Source: Eledone cirrhosa
Lineage: Eukaryota
Assembly: GCA_964016885.1 (NCBI GenBank)
Contig: OZ024741.1
Span: 156,798,001-156,862,000, forward strand
Length of the DNA stretch: 64,000 nucleotides
Direction of reading: 5' to 3'
Shown: positions 14,101-28,320 of the stretch, piece after piece
Position numbering within the stretch: the first letter of the stretch is position 1
How the letters are laid out: the number at the start of each line of letters is the position of its first letter
Notes under the pieces: generated by a model
Databases searched by the model: none
Told to the model about the DNA's origin: nothing
Seen by the model: the letters and a program-made list of their open reading frames with translations, nothing else
Position numbers and translations under genes: made by a program

Positions 14101-15273
14101 TGAAGATGGCCAAACTTTCGCAGTAAAAAACAACTTCACTTGCCACTCAGAGAACCTGATCTACGTAATCATATACGGTGACTGTCGACATAACTATATA
14201 GGACAGACGGGTGTGCCGTTACCTAAAAGAATGACCATCCATCGCCAGCAAATCCGAGACCTAAGCACAAGAAAAATCCCCTTAAGTAGCGACATTGTAG
14301 ATTGTGCAGCAATGACTCTACCCAACTTTAAAATCTTCCCCCTTTACAAGTGGTCCGATTCTTTCACTCGACAACAAAGAATAAATAAAGAAAAACTATT
14401 TATTAACAAATTTAAACCAAAGTTAAATATGTAATCAGCCCCATTAGATCCCCCCCCCCCCCCACACACACACACTACGTAATAAGAGAGAAAAAATACT
14501 CATTCACATATTTTCCTTTTTTTAATTTCCCACCACAAAGAGATTTGTGGCAGACAGATTGAAGCACACACACACACACACCACTTCCCCAGACACACAC
14601 GTACACATACACACTTACATGTGTCTATCTTTTTATATATACATTCTCACACGTACACACTCACACTCTATAAAACTGTGACAGAGAGGCTGAAGCACAC
14701 ACAGACACCTCATCTCCCCTCTCCACATACACACACACTCACATGTGTGTATCTTTTTATATATACACACTCCCACTCCCTAAAACCATATCCCCCAAAA
14801 TAGAATTTCTTTTACAACCATACTGTTGCCAATCCCATAGAATTTGTCTCCAGCTTACAATCCCCCCTTATACAGCTACCAACACTGCTGCTACTACTAC
14901 CACCTTTCTCTCTATATACACAAGAGTTCATTTTACAGTCTGCTTCTCAACAAGGAAGATGCAAAAAACTTACCTCAACACTTGATTTTGAATCTTTAAT
15001 TTTTTTGTTTTTAATCCTTATTCATTCTTTTTAATTGTAATACTCAACATTTGATAAGATGAATTTTACTAATACATCGAAACTGGTAATACGTTATATA
15101 CTTTATATACATTATAAAATGTCCCTCTCATGTTTTCAATAATGTCACTTTGACAAATCAAAGGAAAGGGAAAAAAGAAAAACAGACCCTTAAATATATT
15201 TTCAGTGCTATTTCCAATCTCACCTTTTCGCTGTAACCACTGTTTTGTATAGAACCTTACTTCTCTTTTCAAA
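14101..15273 (+). mobile_element. Neptune-like PLE 3' fragment (GIY-YIG + 3' UTR), related to 20271-25325
   Basis: FTCHSENLIYVIIYGDCRHNYIGQTG...KEKLFINKFKPKLN (to 14434), strongly similar to ORF 23436-23960. Confidence 0.88.
15045..15095 (+). ncRNA. Type I hammerhead, U3-A8 variant
   Basis: TTGATAA (15051) - GATG/CATC stem II - GAAA - CTGG - TA; weak stem I. Confidence 0.65.
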
Positions 15274-15352
15274 TATATATATATATATATGTGTGTGTGT
15301 GTAAGTGTACGAATGTGTATATATTCACACACACACGCGCATACACACACAC

Positions 15353-15437
<85 letters not shown>

Positions 15438-16060
15438 TACTAGCTAAAGTACCTGTCCTTTGGACGGTTCAAGTAGCTTTCGATGTAGCTCATTAAACTA
15501 AACAAAGTAAATTTGAATACATAGAAGAAAAACGTACTTTATGTAAACATGAAAACCTTAGGCACTATTCCAGCGAAATAATTAATATGTGAGCTCAGTG
15601 TCATCCGTTATCCCATGTAACAACAGAAATCCAGTCTAGGTATAAATTTTTTTGACAACAGTAAAACCTTTTGTTTCAAATACAAAGAGTAAAGTAGCCG
15701 AATGAGTAAATCCAAATGAGCCGAATTGTAATAATCAAAATCCCGAAACAAAATTTTTGACAAAATCAAAAAGGAGTTCCTATTGTATTGACGAAAGATA
15801 ACTCTTGTCTTACTTAATCACGAAATTTTGACGAAAGATAACTTGTCTTACTTAATCACGAAAATTGACACAAATAACCGAAACTTTTTTAATGTCTCCA
15901 AAGGCCCCAATATCGATTTTTGAAAGCCTTTGTAGATCATGTACAGGTTTTGTTCAAGGAGAAGCTCTGTAAAAAATGTCAAAGAAATCGCATGAATGGT
16001 TTAGGATATATGAGCCGTCATTAAAAATTGTCCATACACACATACAGAAAACTAGATATT
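15438..16060 (+). mobile_element. Helentron-associated (HINE/DINE-like) non-autonomous element, tentative
   Basis: Starts ACTAG after TA; 3' aaaatgtcaaagaaatcg..ggtttagga..acatacaga..ttata pattern; internal ~38-bp tandem duplication at 15788-15865. Confidence 0.4.
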
Positions 16061-16066
16061 TATATT

Positions 16067-16109
<43 letters not shown>

Positions 16110-16212
16110 AGAAATGTAAGCTATCGCCGTATTTTGACTAAAGAAATTAAAGAAATTATTTAGCCTGATAGTGGGGTTAAGAACACTCGGAGAAATGGAA
16201 AAAGATGAGTAT

Positions 16213-16284
16213 TGACGTACATGGGAGTCGAACCCACATATTTGGTTATCCGGACCACTGTGCTACCATTTACACCAACACATC
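16213..16284 (-). tRNA. tRNA-like cloverleaf, anticodon GGA; probable pseudo-tRNA or repeat head
   Basis: Acceptor GATGTGT/GTACGTC, D arm GTGT/GCAC, anticodon arm GTGGT-CCGGATA-ACCAA, T arm GTGGG-TTCGACT-CCCAT; many G-U pairs; C33. Confidence 0.55.
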
Positions 16285-16589
16285 ATATATATATATATAT
16301 ATAGGTAAGATGTATAGGTTCGATGTTCAGAGCGTGGGATTGACCCCGTGCAAAGCCTTCCCCACTTGAAAAAGCTTCAAGCACAGGCATCACTTGATAT
16401 AGATATGTGACACGTTTTGCGATGCATGGTATTGCTGGCCATAGGCAAGTCCTTAGCAGGACTAAAAAGCCACGCCCGAGATGCTCATGCTTAAGTATCA
16501 AGAGATGGCATTACTCGAAATTGAGTTGCAGCTATCATCATGTATGTATGTATGTCAGGTCGCTCTCAAGTGCTACTACAACCTGTCTC

Positions 16590-16830
16590 ATGTCGGCCGT
16601 CGACGACTAAACCGACAAGCCCACCAAGCTTGTTTGGTGAGGATGGTGATATTTGGAAACCCTGCGGGATGAAATAAAGACCCGGCAAAGGGTGAAGGAA
16701 CTCAGTAGAGTCAACGGCCGTCCAAATAGTACTTTTCTTTTTCACCTGGGAGTGAAAGGCCCCCAGTTGTTGTCACAACACCTTTCTAAGAGAGGGAAAC
16801 TCTGAAAAAAAAACCTGCGGTTTCGGAAGC
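16590..16830 (+). mobile_element. RTE-clade 5' UTR-like repeat; related copy at 26755-26882 (minus)
   Basis: Shared agagtcaa(c/t)ggcc.tccaa and cta.gaga.ggaaa(a)ctctga...acctgc motifs; long pairing ggccgtcgac/gtcaacggcc. Confidence 0.5.
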
Positions 16831-17316
16831 ATCCGATGATGTTGCCCAGTTCTCCTTTTCGGGTAGTGTTTTCGATGCTCAAAGAGTGGGATTGACATTG
16901 CTTATTCAGGATATGTTACAGGTTCGTGTGGCTGGCCGTAGTCTGAAAGTGCACAATTTTCTGTAATCTGACAAGCGATTGCAATACTCTTAGCAAAGTT
17001 TGCAGCCATCATGTATGTAGAAGCGGCGAATTGGCAAAGACTTTAGAGCGCTTCGCGGTATTCGTTCAGAGTTCAAATCCCACCTAGATAAACTTAGCTG
17101 TTCATACTTTCTAAGACGATAAATAAAGTACTAACTCGGTGCTGAGATCGATTGTAGAGAGTCGAAACGAATACACCACATAACATTCTGTGCAATACCT
17201 TAACGATTCTGGCACTTCGCAGCCTACTTCTTATATCATAGTGAACTTTAAAACAGTTCTGTAATTTTTCGCCGGAAAAATAGATTTCCACGTTAATATT
17301 AAAGAGAACATATTCC

Positions 17317-17349
<33 letters not shown>

Positions 17350-17371
17350 ATGTATATATATATATATGTGC

Positions 17372-17402
<31 letters not shown>

Positions 17403-17737
17403 TATGTGTGTGTTTATACTAACCTACAGTCGTGTTCTTGTTTTGAAATGCCAAATCTTAAATTTCATTTGGAAAATTGGTAATATTTTAAAGTTGATAA
17501 CAAAGATGGTGGCTCGATACTCCATCGTACAAATGATATTTTCAGCAAACATGATTTATTTCTCCCCTCTCTCATATGCACACACTCTCTCTTTCTCTCT
17601 ATCACTCTCTCTATCTCTCCCTCTCTTTCCCACTCACTCTCTCGCTCTATTTCTTTCTCCCCCTCTCTATATCAGCCTTATTGCTTTGCTATCTGTCGCT
17701 CACTCCCTCTTTCTGTATCTGATATATGTAAAATATA

Positions 17738-17769
<32 letters not shown>

Positions 17770-17994
17770 ATAAATATGTATTATGTATGTATATATATAT
17801 ACATGCGTGTGTGTGTTTAATATTCAAGAATCCATGCTTATATCGATATGTATTCATATTGAACAGATATCTCTCTCACTCTCACACACGCACACACACA
17901 CACGCGCATTCATACGCATTCATACACATTCACACACATACACACATGCACACATACACACACACGCGCACACACATACACACACACACATGCG

Positions 17995-18039
<45 letters not shown>

Positions 18040-18859
18040 AGGTGATGAATATTTCTATCATTTACTATCTTCAAATATATATAACATAATATATCTACAT
18101 ATGAAATATATGAACCATATAAATATGCTCTCTTCAGAATGTCAACTATTTACCGGTTAATGCATATTCTCGCATCCATTATAGAGATATACACATCTTA
18201 AATAGCATGACCAGCTGACGCATTATATCACATTATATTCAACACAAAGCCGCTTTCTTATATAAATTGAATGCCTTGGTTTATAGACACGAGGGTTGTG
18301 GCTATTAGATATACTGCGATTTACTCTTAATATTGCTTAAGGTTTTTATAATAAAAATATGAAAAAGTTAAATTTACTGCTCACACATATACAAGATTCG
18401 CTGGATTCTTATGAAGTTACAATCTATTGGAGATCTCTTAGATGCTTTAATTACAGAGGGACACGTCTTTTAAAGAAAATAATGAGAAATGGAATATCTT
18501 GCTCAATAGCACAACGTGGCATACGATCCAGGAATCGAGCCCAACACCCTAACCACTATGACATTTACCTAATGCCAAACAGGTTCTAATGAAATATGCA
18601 TAGCCGTGTGGTTAAAATGCTTTGCTTTCCGGCCAGGGTTTCTTCTAAGCTGCGCGCATAAAAATGCTGTTGCACAATAGCTCTAATTTTTAAACATTTT
18701 GGAATTGAGTTTTAGGCAATTTTACAAGTATTATGATAATTTTAAATTAGAAATGACTTACATGATCCAAATATGCCTATGATGAAACAAAAAATCGTTT
18801 TTTTTTTTTAAATGTTCATTTTTAAAAGGCACGTTTTCAATAACCACTAACGGAATTAC

Positions 18860-19460
18860 AGAGGCACCGTCCTTATATACGACATGCCTTGAGCATTTTA
18901 AACCTGGAGGAGCTCACCCCTTTGCAGGTCTGAACACAGCGGATTTCTTTCACAGAGAGGGAAAGATGGAATAAGAAATGTCCCTAGTATTGGCCAAGTA
19001 CTTTATTTATAAATCTCGTAAAGGTAAAGATTTTATCTGGATATAAACTTAGAGCCTAGGGAGCCTTGAGAGCCGGAACAAATACCGACGTTCTAAAAGT
19101 TTGCGATCTTAATGAAATAAAACTAAGTAAACACACACACTGACACATTAGTAGAATCGTTAGAGCGTCAGATAGAATGTTTTGTGGTATTTGTTTCGGC
19201 TCTCTGCTCTCTGAGTTCAAATCTCACCGAGGTCAACTTTGCCTTTCATCCTTTCGAGGTCGATAAAAAAGTACCAGCCAAGTACTGGGGTTGATTCTTC
19301 CTCTATATCTCTTTCTCACTACCATTCTCTCACTCTCTCTCTATCCTTCTCTGGAAGAAATATGCTGTACTCAGACATGGAGAGAAGATGGGCTCCACCA
19401 GGTTTAACAAATGCCCTAGAAACGCTGTGTGTCAATAGGCGCCCCTACGACACCATCAAA
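18860..19460. mobile_element. Two diverged long-tail SINE copies, head to head (18860-19095 minus, 19150-19460 plus)
   Basis: Both align by eye to 12690-13010; the plus copy has gagttcaaatctcaccgaggtcaactttgcctttcatcc. Confidence 0.7.
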
Positions 19461-20161
19461 AGTTACGGGACCATGCAATGCATTTGGAGACGATTATTGA
19501 TTAAATGCAGAGGATAATTTTTCTAAATAAGTATTTTTTTCATCTCTTCTAAACTGAAACTCTTATGCAGCTTAATTAAATGGAATATTAGCCCGGGTAC
19601 GTTTTGAATGGGAATATGTAAAAGCAGGCATTGTCTGGAGACTATTTAATTTAAATATATATTAGCTTCTAGTTTGCGTTCTTGTTTAAAAGGAAGTTTT
19701 TCGATACTGATGGCCGTAGTGGATTGGATGTTTGAGTATATATTATTGGTTAGGTTTCCAAACGTTTTTCACTTCGTGACGATCTTCCCTCCACCAAATA
19801 AAGCAATCGTCCTGGTATCATTTCCAGTTTGCTTATATATAACAGCTGAATTCATCTTCAAATATTTTTGAGAATTGTTCGAAGATTTTAATTCATGATA
19901 TCCCATGATTAAATTGGCATATGTTGGTAGTGGCGGATAAGGTCTAAAAAATTAGTTGCCAGGAGATGAAGGGGGCTCATCTACATATAGAATGCTAATT
20001 TTTATAATGAATAAATAACATTTACAAAATGTACATAAGTGGAAACAAAGCAATGCAATCAAACTTTTGCACAAAAATATCTTACCTTCTCCAATAAAAA
20101 ATATTATGTATTTTCCGAAATCCAGAGACTTTCAATAATGGCCTTTGGTCTTTCACACTCA

Positions 20162-20275
<114 letters not shown>

Positions 20276-20827
20276 GGTGTAATTTTCTACACAAAACGAA
20301 GGTTATAGAGAAAATTGAGGTTGGTAATGGCACATGGAATATATAAGAGACAGAATACTTTTTTGTGAAAAAACATAATTTTATAAGGTAAGGAAATAAT
20401 AAAGGGTATAAAAAATGACCGGTTTCGATGGGTCTGCAAAAGCCATCTTTTCAAATGTTGATTAATATTAAGAAAAATTAATAATACGAAGAGTTAAAAT
20501 TTGAGATTTGAAAATTCAAGTATAAAATTCATTGTGGGATTTCATAGCAGTTTTCATCTAGGTAGCAACAACAGGTTGACTGCTGTGTCCCTTTCTGGTA
20601 GTGAATGAGAAGTTATTTGGGGTGTGGGTTATTTTATAAAGGTCAGATTTAGCAATCGCCAACTGGCCAGCTGCTGGTCAGTGAGGGGGTGGAAGCAATA
20701 TACATACACATATCTTCCTGTGGTGGGTAGGAGAGTGGAGCGTGATAGAAAGGGATTTAGTGCACTTACACCTATATATACACACATACCTTCATCCACA
20801 CATACATACATATACATATACATATGC

Positions 20828-20858
<31 letters not shown>

Positions 20859-20923
20859 CACACATACATACACACACACATACATATAGATACACACATA
20901 CACACACACACATATATACACAT

Positions 20924-20980
<57 letters not shown>

Positions 20981-21051
20981 TACACACATATATATACATA
21001 CACATACATCCAGATACACACATACATACACACACACACACATATATATAT

Positions 21052-21097
<46 letters not shown>

Positions 21098-21904
21098 CCA
21101 CACATACATACACACACACACACATATATATACATACACACATACAAACATACACACACACACACACATATATATACACATACACACACATATATATACA
21201 CACACACACACACGCACACACAATACATACATCCACATGCACACACATACACACACACACACACATATACACATACATACACCCACACACAGAGAAATGG
21301 CCTCCAAATATATATATATACATACAGACACATATATTTTTTCCATAATATAAGATGTTGGGACAGTGAAATTAAAATACAAGTCATTCTGATCACATTG
21401 AGTTCTTCATGTAGATTGGGCCCCGCAACCGACAGTGGTGAATTCTGTGTGCGCATATATATATATAGATATATGTGTGTGCACGTGCAGGGTTTAACAT
21501 GGATGTGTTGGTCACACAAAGGCATGGTCTGTCAACGAATAAACCTGATTCTACAGAATTGGTCTCTGGTTTTTAATAGTAGTGATTCCGTGCGTATGTG
21601 TGTTTATATTTTATGACAATTCTATTGGGGTGATAACCCGTTTAGTTTTGGTTTAAATTTGTTAAGGAATAGATTTTCTTTGTTTATTCTTTGTTGCTGT
21701 GTAAACGAATCTGAGCACTTGTAGAAGGGGAAGATTTTAAAGTTGGGTAGTGTCATTCCTGCGCAGTTCGCAATATGGCTGCTCAAGGGGATTTTTCTTG
21801 TGTTAGCGTCCCGGATTTGTTGGCGGTGGATGGTCATTCTTTTGCGTAATGAGGTGCCCGTCTGTCCTATGTAGTTGTGTTTGCACCAACCGCAAGTTAT
21901 TGCT

Positions 21905-23960
21905 GGTTAGAAATAAAAGCAATTTCTGCCCACAAAAGGGAAGAAATAAAGCACTGGACACGTACTGCGAACACATCACCAACTTTCCCTATGAAAAAAT
22001 TACAAATAAACACACGAAATCAAACCTATCTACACACGAATGGGAAGAATTATTCACACTTAGAAACAACCCTGTGATAACTATCAAAGAAGCCGATAAA
22101 GGCAGTACTGTTGTCATTATGAATACGGACTACTATAGGACCCTCGCACTTAACATTTTAGAAAACAACACATACTATGAAAAAACAGAAAACTACAAAC
22201 ACACCAAAACAATGGGGAACCTTTTGACCTTACTGAATAAATACCGCAACAGCTTAACCACAAAAGAGTTTAACTATATAAGCCACTTCAAATGCAATAC
22301 AAGCTCTTTTTACGGCTTACCGAAACTCCACAAATGTAAACCCATAAACGATGCATGTGACACCTCAACCAACAATTACATTGAACTAACACCACCAGAA
22401 GACCTAAAACTCAGGCCAATTATAGCAGGCCCTACATGTGAAACCCACAGACTTAGCAACTTTGTGGACATCCTACTGAAACCCTTTCTACAACATATAC
22501 AGAGCTACATACGAGATGACCTTGACATGCTGAAACACCTCCCTAAAACAGTAAGTGCAAATACAATTCTTGTCTCCTTTGACGTAATAAACCTCTACAC
22601 AAACATACCTCACAACTATGGAATAACAGCAGTCGAATACTGGCTTAACACACACCCATCAGAAATACCGACACGCATCAACACAGATTTTATCACTGAC
22701 GGACTCCGCTTTATCCTACAAAATAACTACTTCACATTCAATGGTTCAACATACAGACAAGTATCAGTTACGGCAATGGGCACGAAAGTAGCACCCACAT
22801 ATGCCAACCTAGTCATGGGATTCCATGAACAACAAATATACAGTCAGTCCCTTCTCTTATTTGGAGACTCTTTCCACACACACCTCAAAGCCAATTGGAA
22901 AAGATATCTAGACGACTGCTTTATCCTATGGCAAGAAGACATGAACTCACTTACTACGTTTAAAAACATGATAAACAACATAGATAATAACATACAATTC
23001 ACAATGGAATCCAATCCTAAGGAATTAGCCTTCTTGGATATTCTCATCTCTGTAATAGACGGGAAATTAGATACAGATATATTCTATAAACCCACAGATT
23101 CCAAGCAATACCTCTTTTTCACATCAAGTCACCCAAAACATACAAAACTTAACATTCCTTACAATTTGGCCAAACGTATATGTACCATAGTATCAGATCC
23201 ACCTAAACGGGAGCAAAGACTAAAGGAACTAAAAGACACCCTTAAGAGCCTTTCCACTTGAAATAATCAACAATGGAATAGACAGGGCAAAACACCTAAA
23301 TCCCCATCAACTTAACAATCCAAAACAGAAAACCACACTCAACACCCTGCCATAAGTATCCACTTTCAACCCCAGAAATACCGAAATGTTTGATCACCTA
23401 CACAAAACCTCCCCATCCTACTTAAAGATGTAAAAATGAAGTCTATTCTTGAAACACACAAGATCCTTAAAAGTAAAAGACAACCCAAATCACTTAAACG
23501 CATTCTCACTGCACCAAATATACCCAAACCAATCCTCAACCCTACAGTGACCAAATGTGGTAGAACAAACTGTGGAACGTGCCTCTACCTCACTGAAGGA
23601 CAAACATTTAGATTCAAAGATGGCCAAACATTTACAGTAAAAAACAATTTCACCTGCAACTCGGAGAACTTGATTTACGCAATAACTTGCGGTGGGTGCA
23701 AACACAACTACATAGGACAGACAGGCACCTCATTACGCAAAAGAATGACCATCCACCGCCAACAAATCCGGGACGCTAACACAAGAAAAATCCCCTTGAG
23801 CAGCCATATTGCGAACTGCGCAGGAATGACACTACCCAACTTTAAAATCTTCCCCTTCTACAAGTGCTCAGATTCGTTCACACAGCAACAAAGAATAAAC
23901 AAAGAAAATCTATTCCTTAACAAATTTAAACCAAAACTAAACGGGTTATCACCCCAATAG
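21905..23960 (+). pseudogene. PLE RT + Cys linker + GIY-YIG ORF, frameshifted near 23250 and 23395
   Basis: KEADKGSTVVIM, FYGLPKLHK, RPIIAG, SFDVINLYTNIPH, TAMGTKVAPTYANL, RYLDDCF, CGRTNCGTC, LIYAITC..YIGQTG. Confidence 0.95.
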
Positions 23961-24565
23961 AATTGTCATAAAATATAAACACACATACGCACGGAATCAC
24001 TACTATTAAAAACCAGAGACCAATTCTGTAGAATCAGGTTTATTCGTTGACAGACCATGCCTTTGTGTGACCAACAAATCCATGTTAAACCCTGCACGTG
24101 CACACACATATATCTATATATATATATGCGCACACAGAATTCACCACTGTCGGTTGCGGAGCCCAATCTACATGAAGAACTCAATGTGATCAGAATGACT
24201 TGTATTTTAATTTCACTGTCCCAACTTCTTATATTATGGAAAAAATATATGTGTCTGTATGTATATATATATATATATATTTGGAGGCCATTTCTCTGTG
24301 TGTGGGTGTATGTATGTGTATATGTGTGTGTGTGTGTATGTATGTGCATGTGGATGTATGTATTGTGTGTGCGTGTGCGTGTGTGTATGTGTGTATGTAT
24401 GTGTGTATCTGGATGTATGCGTATGTGTATATATATATATATATATATATGCGTGTGTGTGTGTGTGTGTATATATGTGTGTGTATGTGTATATATATGT
24501 GTGTGTGTGTGTGTATGTTTGTATGTGTGTATGTATATATATGTGTGTGTGTATGTATGTGTGGG

Positions 24566-24596
<31 letters not shown>

Positions 24597-24663
24597 GTGT
24601 GTATATATATGTGTGTGTGTGTATGTATGTGTGTATCTGGATGTATGTGTATGTATATATATA

Positions 24664-24698
<35 letters not shown>

Positions 24699-24764
24699 GT
24701 GTGTGTGTATGTGTATATATGTGTGTGTGTGTATGTGTGTATCTATATGTATGTGTGTGTGTAT

Positions 24765-24810
<46 letters not shown>

Positions 24811-25170
24811 GTATATGTATATGTATGTATGTGTGGATGAAGGTATGTGTGTATATATAGGTGTAAGTGCACTAAATCCCTTTCTATCACGCTCCACTCT
24901 CCTACCCACCACAGGAAGATATGTGTATGTATATTGCTTCCACCCCCTCACTGACCAGCAGCTGGCCAGTTGGCGATTGCTAAATCTGACCTTTATAAAA
25001 TAACCCACACCCCAAATAACTTCTCATTCACTACCAGAAAGGGACACAGCAGTCAACCTGTTGTTGCTACCTAGATGAAAACTGCTATGAAATCCCACAA
25101 TGAATTTTATACTTGAATTTTCAAATCTCAAATTTTAACTCTTCGTATTATTAATTTTTCTTAATATTAA

Positions 25171-25222
25171 TCAACATTTGAAAAGATGGCTTTTGCAGAC
25201 CCATCGAAACCGGTCATTTTTT
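25171..25222 (+). ncRNA. Type I hammerhead, U3-A8 variant (mirror copy 20412-20460, minus)
   Basis: TTGAAAA (25178) - GATGG/CCATC - GAAA - CCGG - TC; palindromic ACCGGT stem III; weak stem I. Confidence 0.65.
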
Positions 25223-25320
25223 ATACCCTTTATTATTTCCTTACCTTATAAAATTATGTTTTTTCACAAAAAAGTATTCTTTCTCTTATATATTCCATGT
25301 GCCATTACCAACCTCAATTT

Positions 25321-25402
<82 letters not shown>

Positions 25403-25589
25403 GATGGGAGTGCGTGTATATGCATGTACATGTCTAAATATAGATTTATATATATATGTATACATAACATGTTTTCAACTTGTGCAAACATCCCTAGGGA
25501 TCTAATTGACATTGTTTATATATATATATGTGTGTATATATATATATGCATATGCTTGTGTGTATGTATGTATATATATATACATACAT

Positions 25590-25623
<34 letters not shown>

Positions 25624-25684
25624 TGTTATACTTTGGGAGGGTCATGTTGCCAATAAAGAATCTTGCTAAACAAATTCAGAAACG

Positions 25685-25728
<44 letters not shown>

Positions 25729-25731
<3 letters not shown>

Positions 25732-26385
25732 ACCTTCACCACTTATTGATTTGACAGATGTCTTTAACCATATATATACACATCTGTAACAACACAGCAC
25801 GCCATTTTTCATTCCTATATGCTTTCCCCTTCGTTGTGACCTGTTTTTTTTCTCTTTCCTTACTGCTATCCTCTTTCTCTCTCCCCCTTCTCTCTCCTTC
25901 TCCCTCTTACTTTCATTCACCCCCTCTCCTAGTCACCCTCTCTCGGCTAACCTCTTTCTCACACTTTCACTCACTCACTCTCTGCTACTCACGCTCTCTC
26001 TCACTTCCTCCATCGTCCCACACCGTACGAAATTCTTTCCTCGCTTACTTTCGCACGTTTAAAGTATGTCTTTCGTCTTTTCGTCAACATTCGTTGTTAT
26101 GTTCAAATGAATCATTGACATGATTTTCTCATTTTCTTCCCTCTTTACGTTGCCTCACCATTCGTGTTTCTTTACCTGTCTCTCTTTCTCCACCCAATTC
26201 TTTTAATCCCAATAACTTATTTTAGTTATTGTTCGTGCTAGCCTGAGGTATCTCGTTTTTAATGCGAAGAAATACCTATGATGGCTAGTAGATCACTGAT
26301 GATGGATAGTCCTGGCTTCTATTTCTAATTCTTCATTTTAATTTGTATATCACATTTGCAACAACACAGCATGGCATTTTTCATT

Positions 26386-26390
<5 letters not shown>
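25729..26390 (+). repeat. TA-bounded non-coding module with ~40-bp terminal direct repeat (period ~570)
   Basis: acat.tg.aacaacacagca.g.catttttcattcctata at ~25780 and ~26352; its start recurs at 26898; orphan CTGATGA at 26295. Confidence 0.55.
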
Positions 26391-26430
<40 letters not shown>

Positions 26431-27329
26431 TGGCTGCCAACTTGTTTTCGAGTACGGCCACTACTTTATATCCATGTAGGAGAACCCCTACCGATACGCT
26501 GGACGAGTGTGACTTTTTAGTCCAGCCAGCGACTTGAAAACTCTGATACAAACACTACACCTGTGACAATTATTGACACATAGTGCTGGGCCCATGGTAC
26601 CATGTGACGACAAGTGAAGAGAGATCTCCAGATACAAAGCAATGCCTGTGCCGTGAAGCTTTTATAGTGAGCAAAGGCACTGCACAAAGCCAGTCCCACT
26701 CTCTTAACCAAGATGATATTTACCAAAAAGAAGAACAAGTCAACATCATTGGATACCATCAGGGTTGCAGGTGTTATATCAGAGTTTTCCTTCTCCTAGA
26801 ATTCTGCCTTGACAAAGACTAAGGGGTCATCTCTCCCGGTGATTTTGGATGGCCATTGACTCTTAAGAGCTCCTTTGCCCTTATATATATATATATACCA
26901 CTTTCACCACTTATTGTCTTGACAGATGTCTCAAACATTTTTTGGTCAGTAGTTCCTGTGTATGTGTATATATGCTTGTGTGTGTGTGTCTATATATGTA
27001 TGTTTGCATGCATGAATGAATACAGTAAGCTTTAGATTTAGTAGAATGTACAACCATTGATTCCAGTTATTTGCACTATCGTATTTTTTGGTTTCTAGTA
27101 ATTCCCTGAGGAATTGGTTGACGAAATTTTTTGCTTAATTGTTTTATTTACTTTTTTTTATTTTATTCTTTCTCTTAGACTTCATGTATTTTTTAAAAGC
27201 AAAGCGTTGGCCCCTAAATTATTACAGTGAACCCTGCAATTCTACCGTGGGCTCCTGCAATGCTACTGTGGGCCACCTAGGGCCCACTTGCCATTGAACA
27301 ACCTGGCAACCTGGCCAGTCCGCCACTGC

Positions 27330-28320
27330 AAGTTGGTGTAAACGTTTTCCCCGTGGTCGTTCCTAAATTTTGTCAGTAGGATATTTCTTTCGAACACAAA
27401 ATAATTGTTTTATTTTGTAAGTTAAACTGAAGACCATTTATAATGAAATTTCTATCAATCCGGTTTGGTAACTGATATGGAAATGTATCTAGCCAGTGTT
27501 TAATAGCCTCAATTCCCTGGTCGTGTGGAATGTTATTATATACGTTCAACACATCCAACGAAACAATATAGATGTTTTCGTTTGTCTTTTTGTGAAGATA
27601 GTTGAGTATATCTAGATCATCTCATTTGAAGTTTGCAGAGTGTTTGAGGAGCAGCTTCAATAAAATGAATATATGAAGTTACTTAGGTAATGTGTTTTGC
27701 AAATTGGATCTGCTATAATGGGTCTTAGTTTTAAATCAATTGGTGAAGGCTATATTCACAAAATTGGTTTTCGCTTTGTTGCATGACTCATCAATTAGTT
27801 GTTAGTTCTTGTGTATTTTAGATAGAATATAGACATTGCTTGTTCTACATCTTAACGGTTAGACAATTTTGCTATGGGTGTAATAAATAAGTGAGTTCTT
27901 TCATCACTTTAAGATATTTATAACCTTTAATTTATTCATAATGTGTATTTTTCCTTAGTATACTTTGTACAATGTTTGTATAATGTTTTGTTTCTATAAT
28001 TACAACAGTACCTCTTTTGTCAGCTTCTTTTATAACAATATTTCTGTCCTGTTTTAGCTCGTTTAGAGGGTTCCATTGTTGCCTGGTGCAGTTGGACTTT
28101 GTGTCATTTCCAGGTTGGCAACTGGAATGTTTGAGATGTATTTCCGAAATTCATCAGGGACTATTTTCTTGCCTTTTGTGGTGGAGGTGGGATATTCATT
28201 GTTTTCGTCTTCTAAAAATTGTTCTGCATACAGAAAACTGTTTTGTATGCATCATACTGCATTATGAATAGAACTGCACTAGAAATGGAAAATATTTTCT
28301 CCATAACGACAACATAGAGT
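27330..28320 (-). mobile_element. Degenerate Neptune-like PLE RT fragment
   Basis: VIKEADKRGTVVI, LKLRPIIADPICKTH, DVLNVYNNIPHDQGIEAIKHWL across many frameshifts. Confidence 0.82.

Noticed and set aside
21849-21903. N-terminus MRCPSVLCSCVC of the 470-aa ORF
   Set aside because: Comes from the inverted arm (antisense EN); the true PLE N-terminus is truncated.
26236-26290. Hairpin with TGA/GA resembling a SECIS
   Set aside because: Lacks a proper AUGA/GA quartet and apical AA geometry; no associated ORF.
27100-27135. CTGAGGA...GAAA possible hammerhead
   Set aside because: Stem II, stem III and stem I do not pair convincingly.
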